From: Halioglobus sp.
GTDB lineage: Bacteria; Pseudomonadota; Gammaproteobacteria; Pseudomonadales; Halieaceae
Length of the DNA stretch: 64,000 nucleotides
Reading direction: 5' to 3'
NCBI GenBank assembly: GCA_965262875.1
Contig: CBDHGD010000002.1
Location: forward strand, 42,984-106,983
Position numbers and translations under genes: made by a program. The notes under the pieces were generated by a model. The model was not told the DNA's origin and did not search any database. It worked only from the letters and a program-made list of their open reading frames with translations. Numbering within the stretch: position 1 is the first letter of the stretch; every line of letters begins with the position of its first letter. This document shows, piece after piece, positions 37,430 to 44,822 of this stretch.

Positions 37430-37567
37430 AGTCTTATCCTCCCTAAAAATGAGCCTTATTCCTTACGGCGGCTCATTTTTAGGGAGGATAAGACTATAAC
37501 CGATTCTTTCGTGCTAAAGCACTCCCGTCTGAAGACGGGGGGTTGGAACCAATGAGTGGATACTCAA
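37014..37567 (-). mobile_element. IS200/IS605-family element, copy B (inverted relative to copy A)
   Basis: Identical to 2949-3512. Confidence 0.85.
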
Positions 37568-38321
37568 CCATAAAAGCCGCGCTAAACTTACCACGCGATA
37601 GCTTATTGCGAATATTTGCCTCTTTATCTCCGATTAATTCAGACAACTGGGCATATGTAAGGGCATGTCGTCCGTGCAGTTCTCGCGCGTTCTAAACGTC
37701 CAGTACAAAACGGCTTGGGTTATGGCGCACAAATTACGCGAGGCTTTAGGTGCCGAAGTTCAGAATACAGAGTTAAACGGTGAAGTTGAAATTGACGGGG
37801 CATATTTTGGTGGTCACATCAAACCCGCCAATGAAAAGGTAAACCGTGTTGATCGCCGTAAGAAAGAACACCAAACGGGCCTGAGACGCGTTGTAATCGC
37901 CCTGCGTGAGCGTAAGGGCCGTACACTGACCTTTATCCGCAAAAGCGAACAAGAGGGCGTAGAAATCGCAAATGAGGTTGTTGACCAAGACGCTATGATG
38001 TTTGCAGACGAAGCAACCCACTGGGACGCACTGGACGATACGTTTGAATGTGGCCGCATTAACCACAGTGAGCGTTATTCTGAAATGAATGGTAAGCACA
38101 CAAATTGGGTTGAAAGCTATTTCAGCCGCCTACGTCGCATGGTGCAAGGCCAGCACCACTTTGTATCGCCTAAGTACCTACACCAGTACGCAACACATGC
38201 TGCGTGGTGTGAAGATCATCGGTTGGAGGATAACAAGGTTTTGACGTTCCGCGCGTTGCGGAGTGCCTTGTTTTCGCCAGTTAGCGGCAACCTAAAGGGT
38301 TATTGGCAGAAGGTCACCTAA
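37568..38321 (+). pseudogene. IS1595-family (ISXO2-like) transposase, N-terminus lost and frameshifted
   Basis: SSVQFSRVLNVQYKTAWVMAHKLREAL...GEVEIDGAYFGG...NHSERY...NWVESYFSRLRR. The zinc-ribbon N-terminus is missing, with the IS200 abutting at 37567. There is a stop at 37635 and an apparent frameshift near 37650. Confidence 0.7.
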
Positions 38322-38384
38322 TAACCATCATTGAATATTTCAAATAATGAACTATATTAGTGGTACGCAGGAGAGTAAAAAACC

Positions 38385-38828
38385 ATGAAAAACAGTGAAA
38401 CTGTTGCAAACAAGTTTGTTGAGCTTGCTGCGCTAGCAGATGAGTCCCTTACACCTATGCAGATTCTAAAATTAACTTATATTGCTCATGGATGGATGCT
38501 TGGATTATACAAGAGACCTTTAATTAAAGATGAAGTTCAGGCTTGGCAGTATGGCCCTGTAATTTCTACTTTATACAACAAACTTCGAAACTATCGAAGT
38601 GCACCAGTCTTACGTATAGTCCCCTATGGAGACGAAACTCTCGATGAAAAGGAGGCCAATATAGTCAAACAAGTTTATGATAAATATGGCCATCTTAGCG
38701 GGCCAGCCCTATCAAGGCTAACACATGCAAAGGATACCCCTTGGGATTTGATTTACGAAAAGGGTAGTTTCGGCTTGGTCATATCAAATGACCTAATAGA
38801 AGATCATTACGCGAGCATGTCTAATTGA
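38385..38828 (+). CDS. Panacea/DUF4065-domain protein (SocA/PanA-like antitoxin)
   Basis: LTPMQILKLTYIAHGWMLGLYKRPLIKDEVQAWQYGPVISTLY matches the DUF4065 core (KL.KL.Y...G...w.yGPV). Confidence 0.75.
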   Translation: MKNSETVANKFVELAALADESLTPMQILKLTYIAHGWMLGLYKRPLIKDEVQAWQYGPVISTLYNKLRNYRSAPVLRIVPYGDETLDEKEANIVKQVYDKYGHLSGPALSRLTHAKDTPWDLIYEKGSFGLVISNDLIEDHYASMSN

Positions 38829-39217
38829 GTGAAGATGATGATATTAATAAGAAAATTCCAGATCAAACCCCTGATATGGATGCCGCAAGGGGTCGTCGAG
38901 ACAAGCGGGGTACCGCAGAATCCAAGCAACTCTCAAGTGGAAAATCTGCAAACGAAATAAAAACTGAGGCAGAGCAGGCAGAAGCTGATAGAACTGAAAA
39001 GTTCCGCAATCATTTTGAGTGTCTAGCTATAATAACGTTATACATTGTTTGGGTAAGTATTGTTATTGTTGGACTCACTTGGCTCTATCACCTAATTGCT
39101 CCGCCCTGCTGGCCCAGACTGCCAGATGAGCAGGTTGGTAATATTCAAGCAATTGTTACGGGTGGTATTATTGCTGGAATTGCTGGTGGACATATGAAAA
39201 AACGTTTAAACCAATAA
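38825..39217 (+). CDS. putative membrane toxin partner (2 C-terminal TM helices)
   Basis: TTG start overlapping the upstream stop. Charged N-terminal half, then LAIITLYIVWVSIVIVGLTWLYHLI and AIVTGGIIAGIAGG. The start codon is uncertain. Confidence 0.45.
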   Translation: MSEDDDINKKIPDQTPDMDAARGRRDKRGTAESKQLSSGKSANEIKTEAEQAEADRTEKFRNHFECLAIITLYIVWVSIVIVGLTWLYHLIAPPCWPRLPDEQVGNIQAIVTGGIIAGIAGGHMKKRLNQ

Positions 39218-39559
39218 CCACAACCCACCCTCACTAGCCCAAGCCCCACGCTTTACCCCACCTGACAAAGCCACATGCACTGACATGCGAAGCCCTTCAT
39301 GGCTAACACCTTTGGCTTTCCCAACATAAGCAACAACCTCTGGCCCCGCCTTAGGCCCATCACGCAATGCCTTTGCAATGTATCGGGATAACTCACCACG
39401 CTTAAACACGCGCGGCCTGTACTGCCTGATAAGCTGATTGTCTGGGTTATAGCCCTTTTGCAGTAGCAGGGCGTTGATATGCTCAAGCCCCGCCTGATCG
39501 CCTCGTATGGCTTCTAGGCGCATGTGCAATAACATACTTATAATGGAACTATCTTTCAT
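39206..39559 (-). CDS. hypothetical protein at the right end of the insertion
   Basis: ORF only; no motif recognised. Confidence 0.25.
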   Translation of the reverse strand: MKDSSIISMLLHMRLEAIRGDQAGLEHINALLLQKGYNPDNQLIRQYRPRVFKRGELSRYIAKALRDGPKAGPEVVAYVGKAKGVSHEGLRMSVHVALSGGVKRGAWASEGGLWLLV

Positions 39560-39627
39560 GGTGGTAATTTACTTGATTAACACCGCAAAAGCGTCAGGAA
39601 ACTTGGTGCGTTTGCTACATAAGGCCG

Positions 39628-40272
39628 TAGCAATGCGACCAGCCTGCGTGCAGATGTGGCCAGTCGGGGACCAGACGAGGTGAGTGGCTCGCTGGCGCAG
39701 ATCGAGGAGGTGTTAGCAACGCTGCGGGACGGGCTGGAGCTTGACTGGATCGAGATCGAGGGTGCGGACGGGTTTGCCACATTCCGGGCATTGCCTGAGG
39801 GATCCCGCGCGGATCTTCTGGCCTATGCGGTGGCGCAGACGCTGGAACCGAAGCTGGTCACGGAGTTGCGCGATCCGGTGCGCGAGACGGTCGAGATCGC
39901 GGTTCTGCCCAACCTGCGCGCTGTCTGGACGCTCGACGCGGCGTTCCTGAAGCGTCTGGCCAAATCAGACCTGCTGGAAATCCTGCGTGATATGGATATG
40001 CGCACCGAGGCGCAGACCTACCAAAAGGCGAAGAAGACAGGGCTTGTGAGCTATATGGTCAAGTTGTTTGCCGAACCCTTTGCCACGCTGACCGATCGCC
40101 AACGTCAGGCCGTCAACAGCTGGTGTCCGTCGGTGATGATGGCCGCGCTGCCAACGGAAACCCGCCGTTCCGAGCGTCAGGTGCAATTGCAACAATTCTC
40201 AACCCCGCTGGATCTGGCGTTTATCGTGGCCATGGCAGCGCGGATCACAAAGGCGGATGTGGTGCTGGACCC
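39628..40272 (+). pseudogene. ParB-like gene 3' part, running into a short N6-methylase-like N-terminal fragment
   Basis: The frame continues from the duplicated SNA codons. It ends with QFSTPLDLAFIVAMAARITKADVVLDP, which resembles the TP..LA.....D.VLEPSAG start of the methylase/helicase genes of conjugative elements. Confidence 0.6.
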
Positions 40273-41894
40273 GCGCCTTCATGGCGGGCGAAAAAGCCAT
40301 CCTGATTTTCTCGGATGCAGGTGGCACCGGACGCTCCTACCATGCGGCAGCTGGCGGGTCATCCACTGTGGGGTCATCCACTGCCTCGGCAGGGCTTGCT
40401 TGCAAGCGCCGTCGGACTGGCAGGGCCAAACTGGCCCGAGAAGTCGAGAGAGGGGCAGACGGGTCATCAGCCGGGGCCACAACCCCGAAACGGCGGCGGC
40501 ATTATCTCATGGAACCGGGCTGGCGGGCGGATGCGGCGATCCAGGGGCTGGGGCGCACCCATAGGGCGGCGCAGGTCTCGGCGCCGCATTTCCGGGTTTG
40601 CACGACGGATGTGCACGGCGAAAAACGCTTTACCTCGACCATTGCGCGGCGGCTCGATACATTAGGCGCGCTCACCAAAGGCCAGCGCGAAACTGCCTCG
40701 CAGGGCATGTTCCGGGCCAGTGACAATCTGGAAAGCCCGATTGCGCGGGCCTGCCTGCGCAGTCTCTACAGCGATATTGTGCGCGGCGAGGCCGTGAACC
40801 CACGGAACGGCGATACGCTGACCTATGAGACATTCTGCGACTGGACGGGATTGAGGCTGGTCACACGCGAGGGCGCGCTGTTGGAAGAACTGCCGCCAAT
40901 CCAGCGGTTTCTCAACCGGGTGCTGGCCTTGCCGATTGCGCTGCAGAATGCGGTGTTCTCTGCACTGATGGAAAAGATCAATCTGGCTTTAGCCCGCGCA
41001 CGCGATGCGGGGCGGCTGGATGTCGGGCTTGAAACCTTGCGCGGCGACCGGATTACGGCGGGCGCGGCACAGGAATTGCGCTGTTGCGAGACCACAGGAG
41101 CCATCACATCGCTGGTGCCGGTCAAGGTGGAACAGCGCCGGAGCTATCTTTCTGCGGCGGCGGTACTGGAGCAGCATCCATCGCTGACACCGATGCAGAA
41201 TACCGCCAGTGGCGCGGTGGCACTGGTCAGCCCGCGCCCGCGTCAGGTGTTTGACGAGGCGGGCGGGGTTGGCTTTGAACGGCGCATTATTCGTCCGACG
41301 GGCAGCGGGTTTATCGAAGAGCAGCAACTCACCCGCTCCAACTGGGAAGATGTGGACAGCGCGGCATTCCGTAAGCTCTGGGATGCGCAGGTGGCGGAGT
41401 TGCCCGAGATGGAAGTCACCGAGCTGCATCTGCTGACCGGGCTGATCCTGCCGATCTGGAAGCAGATCCCGGGGCAGAACACCCGGATTTACCGCGTGCA
41501 GCCCGAAAGCGGCCCGGCGTTGCTGGGGCGCGCACTTGATGCCGGTCAGGCGGCGGTTTTGCGCGGGCGGTTCATGGATCTGGCGGTGGCGACGCCGGAA
41601 GAGATGCTTGCCGTGGTGATTAGCACGGACCGGGCGGTGGAGCTCGGCGCGGGTCTCAGCCTGAAACAACGCCGTGTGGCGGGGTAAAAACGGCTGGAAC
41701 TGACAGGGGCAGGGACAGCAGAAATGGCCTGGCTGAAATCTTTGGGCTGCTTTACCGAAATCCACCAGTACCAGCTGCGGCTGTTTGTGCCGATGGATGA
41801 CCCGGCAGCCGATGACCCGGCAGCCGATGACCCGGTTTCCGATGAGAATGCGGCGCTGCGGATTGTGACCGAAATCGTGGCCCGGCAGGCTTGA
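40257..41894 (+). pseudogene. Strawberry-notch (Sno)-type helicase, C-terminal third only, with in-frame insertions and a premature TAA
   Basis: GEKAILIFSDAGGTGRSYHA ... RRRHYLMEPGWRADAAIQGLGRTHRAAQVSAPHF ... GEKRFTSTIARRLDTLGALTKGQR. An in-frame TAA lies at 41685-41687, followed by 69 more open codons. Confidence 0.75.
41796..41835 (+). repeat. 15-bp tandem repeat x2.7 (GATGACCCGGCAGCC)
   Basis: Read directly; encodes DDPAA DDPAA DDP. Confidence 0.85.
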
Positions 41895-41931
41895 GCCGGG
41901 TCATGGGTCGGGGCAGCACGGTCTTTTTTCT

Positions 41932-42210
41932 TCAGCAATCTCCTCTTCTGGCCGGACGCGCGGTCACGCCCGGCTCGACAGGGTCGATTATGACAACGGG
42001 ACTGGCCTCACCGCAGTGCCGGCAGTGTATTCCGGCCTGGAAACAGCCGATGGTGGTGGCGCTGCCAAGCTGTTTGATCAGGTCGGAAACGCGCAGGGTG
42101 GCACGGCGGCAGCAGGCAGTTTCTCGGGCCAGTTGGCCCTGTCAACCAGCGGGGCACTCCAGGCGCAGATCGCCACCAGGCAGGTCGCGGAGCTGTGTAT
42201 CGGGGGTCAT
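41932..42210 (-). pseudogene. small zinc-ribbon paralog P2, interrupted by a palindromic unit carrying an in-frame TGA
   Basis: MTPDTQLRDLPGGDLRLEC[PAG*QGQLARETA]CCRRATLRVSDLIKQLG...CRHCGE. Its start overlaps the P1 stop (ATGA). Confidence 0.4.
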
Positions 42211-42458
42211 TGATGCACCACCGTGTCAAGATGAATATCGAATTGTCTGGAGCCGTTGCATTTGCGGCACCGGATTCTGGCAATCACATCGCTGACTGCC
42301 GCGCCATGGCCAAGCCTGTGTATCAACTCCTGAACCGGAAATTTGGCGCTGTGTCCGCAATCGCGGCATTGGATCGCGAGGCTGTGGCTGGAAATCATTG
42401 TCAGCAGTGTGCCGTGTTTTATCATCTGCCTTCCGTGCCCTTTCTGCCGCGCATTCAA
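42207..42458 (-). CDS. small zinc-ribbon protein P1 (CxxC...CxxC)
   Basis: ...LAIQCRDCGHSAKFPVQELIHRLG...IRCRKCNG; paralog of 47164-47451. Confidence 0.5.
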   Translation of the reverse strand: MNARQKGHGRQMIKHGTLLTMISSHSLAIQCRDCGHSAKFPVQELIHRLGHGAAVSDVIARIRCRKCNGSRQFDIHLDTVVHQ

Positions 42459-42564
42459 AGAAAAAGAAATCTTCCCGGGAGTGTGTTTTCAACCGGTTTC
42501 AGGAGGCCAGAATGGCAAAGTCACAACAGAAATTCAACATCTATCAACATGTCACCGATACAAT

Positions 42565-42620
42565 CCTTGCAGAACTGGCCTTGCAGAACTGGCCTTGCAG
42601 AACTGGCCTTGCAGAACTGG
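42565..42620 (+). repeat. 14-bp tandem repeat x4 (CCTTGCAGAACTGG) inside ardC copy 1
   Basis: Read directly. The three extra copies add 42 bp, which stays in frame. Confidence 0.9.
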
Positions 42621-42713
42621 AGGCCGGCACCGTGCCGTGGCGCAAGCCCTGGAGTGGCGGTGGCGGTCTCTCGATACCGGTGCGCGCCACTGGCGAGAGT
42701 TATCGCGGCATTA

Positions 42714-42826
42714 GAGCGTGTTGCGCTTAATCGGTTCAGCTGTGGGTATGGCACGCGATAGGATACACCATATCTGTCAAGCATGTTGCGAAACGCTTGT
42801 TGAATTCAATTTGGCGCAACATGCTC
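42714..42826. mobile_element. 113-bp MITE with TA target duplication inside ardC copy 1
   Basis: TIRs GAGCGTGTTGCGC / GCGCAACATGCTC, flanked by TA on each side. Removing the element plus one TA restores GGC ATT AAT GTG (G-I-N-V), as in ArdC copy 2. Confidence 0.65.
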
Positions 42827-43802
42827 TAATGTGCTGATGCTGTGGTGTGCGGCGCAGATGCGGGGCACTGTATCGCCGATGTGGATGACCTATGTGCAGG
42901 CGCAAAAGCTTGGCGGGCAGGTGCGCAAGGGCGAGAAATCCGCAACAGTCGTAAAATTTGGCAAAATGGTGAAAGACGGCGAGACCGATCCGGTGACAGG
43001 GGCGGCAGGGGATGATCGCCGCATTCCCTATGCGCGCGCCTACCGCGTGTTCAACGTCGAGCAGATCGACGGGCTGGATGCAGACTGCATTGCGCCGCCG
43101 GAACCACCGCGTGATTTTGGTACAAAGAATGACCCGGTGCTGGATGCCTGGTTTGCCAGCCTGGGCGTGCCGATCAAGCACAGTCCGGAGCCACAGGCGT
43201 ATTATGCGCCGGCGCGGGATCGTATCCATATGCCGCCGGTCCAGACATTCGAAAGCCTGCATCGGTATTTTCATGTTTTAGCCCATGAACATGCTCACGC
43301 GACAAAGCATTCCAGTCGGCTCGACCGCCACCACAGCGGTAAAACCAGGGTGCAGCGTTACGCACAGGAAGAGATTGTCGCGGATCTCGCCGGGGTGATG
43401 GTTTGTGCGCGGCTCGGAATTACGCCCTCGTTTGATCAGAGCGCGGCCTACCTTCAGCACTGGGTTGATGTGTTGAAAACCGACCACCGGGCTATTGTCA
43501 AAGCCGCAAGCATGGCACAGGCCGCCGCTGACTGGATGTTTGATGCGGCTGGTGAGTGTCCACCCCGGATAGAAGAGATTGAACCGCCCCTTGTCGAACC
43601 CGCATGGCGGAGCCGTGGCAGGGGGTGCCAGGGATCAAGGTTGCCTGATCACAAAGAGTGCTGCCCCGGACGCAAGGCTTGAAAGCAAAAGAGTGCTTTT
43701 TGAATTTTTGTCCCTAATGGGGGCAAGAAAGAACCGACAGTCGTACAATCCAGAGATGGGTGGCGCCTGTCATCTCAACTCAAAACATAGGAGATTACAA
43801 AC

Positions 43803-44138
43803 ATGTATACCGGAACACTGACAAAAATGGATGCGGACGATGCTTTTGCTGGCGAGATTGCCTCGCTGGACTTCGACTTTAACTTCACCATGGTGCCAAA
43901 CGCATTCAAGGCGAATGACAAACATCCAGATTACGTTATCGAAGGCCGCTCCCCACGTGGACGCCTCGTGCGCATCGGATCGGGCTGGGCCGCCAAAAGC
44001 CGGGCTGGCAATGAATATTATTCGCTGGCGTTCAATCTGCCGGGTCAGGCCGCGGTGCGGGTGAACGCAGTGATCGACGACGACGCCAGCAAGGGCGAAT
44101 ATCGCATCATTCCGATGATCACTGCGGTCGCAGCCTGA
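43803..44138 (+). CDS. DUF736-family protein
   Basis: ...DKHPDYVIEG......IGSGWAAKSRAGNEYYSLAFNLP pattern typical of DUF736 on conjugative elements. Confidence 0.7.
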   Translation: MYTGTLTKMDADDAFAGEIASLDFDFNFTMVPNAFKANDKHPDYVIEGRSPRGRLVRIGSGWAAKSRAGNEYYSLAFNLPGQAAVRVNAVIDDDASKGEYRIIPMITAVAA

Positions 44139-44177
44139 CAGGATGGGCGGCGCGATGTGACCAGCGCCGCCCGTTAA

Positions 44178-44221
44178 AGTTGAACGACTTTTCTTTGAGA
44201 CCAAAATTAAGTCGTTCAACT
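44178..44221. repeat. short (internally deleted) copy of a MITE with GTTGAACGACTT termini
   Basis: AGTTGAACGACTT-N18-AAGTCGTTCAACT. Confidence 0.6.
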
Positions 44222-44323
44222 ATTTGAACACTCCATTCCCTGAGCAGCGTCCCGCTCGAAAGTGCGAGGACGCTTTTTTATGGGTGATCCCGATGGGGGA
44301 TTGTTGAATGAAAGGAAATCACC

Positions 44324-44737
44324 ATGTCGAAACCCGATAAAACCGTCCATATGAAACGCCTGGACGACAAGCGCTGCCGTGAGTTGCAAGTGTATTACGA
44401 TGCTGGCGGACAGAACGTCTGGAATGGTCGCCCAAAGCCGAAAGGCATTTATTTTGCATCCCACTGCTTTGAGCAGGCCGAAGGATCCACGACGCGCAGA
44501 TGGCAGAGCGGACCCGCTGCCTCGGCAGGGCTTGTTTACAAGCCCAAGAGAGGGAAGGGCGATGGCTATATTCTGGTTGTGCCGCTGGAACGCTACAGTG
44601 CCAAACAGCTGCGGCTTGTGCGGGGGCGTGTCGAAGCGAACGCTGCCATGATCCACGGTATTCTGGATCGCGGGGACCGGTTTGATGCCCTCGTTGCGAT
44701 CCTGCGCGGCACCATGGAAATCATTGCCGTCGCGTAA
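44324..44737 (+). CDS. hypothetical protein containing a palindromic unit in frame
   Basis: ORF preceded by GGAAATC. The unit GCTGCCTCGGCAGGGCTTGTTTACAAGCCCAAGAGAGGG lies at 44517-44555. Confidence 0.4.
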   Translation: MSKPDKTVHMKRLDDKRCRELQVYYDAGGQNVWNGRPKPKGIYFASHCFEQAEGSTTRRWQSGPAASAGLVYKPKRGKGDGYILVVPLERYSAKQLRLVRGRVEANAAMIHGILDRGDRFDALVAILRGTMEIIAVA

Positions 44738-44822
44738 TCTCCACCTTTGGCCGCCCGCGTGCCGGGGTTTTCTGATGCGCGGACTGCTCTCACCTTCAAA
44801 CTTGAAATCCAAGGAAAATATC

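Larger units (their letters stand above)
36080..39627 (+). mobile_element. 3.55-kb AT-rich transposon-like insertion (IS1595-type with passenger genes)
   Basis: 19-bp terminal inverted repeats TATGTAGCAAACGCACCAA (36084-36102 and 39603-39621). 10-bp direct duplication TAGCAATGCG (36070-36079 and 39628-39637). Removing the insert restores the ParB-like reading frame. Confidence 0.6.
42512..43682 (+). pseudogene. ardC: ArdC-type antirestriction protein, copy 1, disrupted
   Basis: N-terminus: YQHVTDTIL...EAGTVPWRKPW...YRGI[113-bp insert]NVLMLW...WMTYVQAQKLGGQVRKGEK. C-terminal zincin motif HEHAH. Also carries a 42-bp tandem expansion. Confidence 0.8.

Noticed and set aside
39656-40564. The 302-aa track ORF taken as one gene
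   Set aside because: It is a chimera. It joins the ParB-like C-terminal part and a methylase-like N-terminal fragment, then reads out of frame across the deletion junction into the Sno remnant.
42127-42140. The in-frame TGA inside zinc-ribbon paralogs P2/P3 as programmed recoding (selenocysteine or readthrough)
   Set aside because: The TGA lies inside a dispersed repeat unit that occurs in non-coding DNA as well. No SECIS-like context is evident, so simple disruption is the more economical reading.
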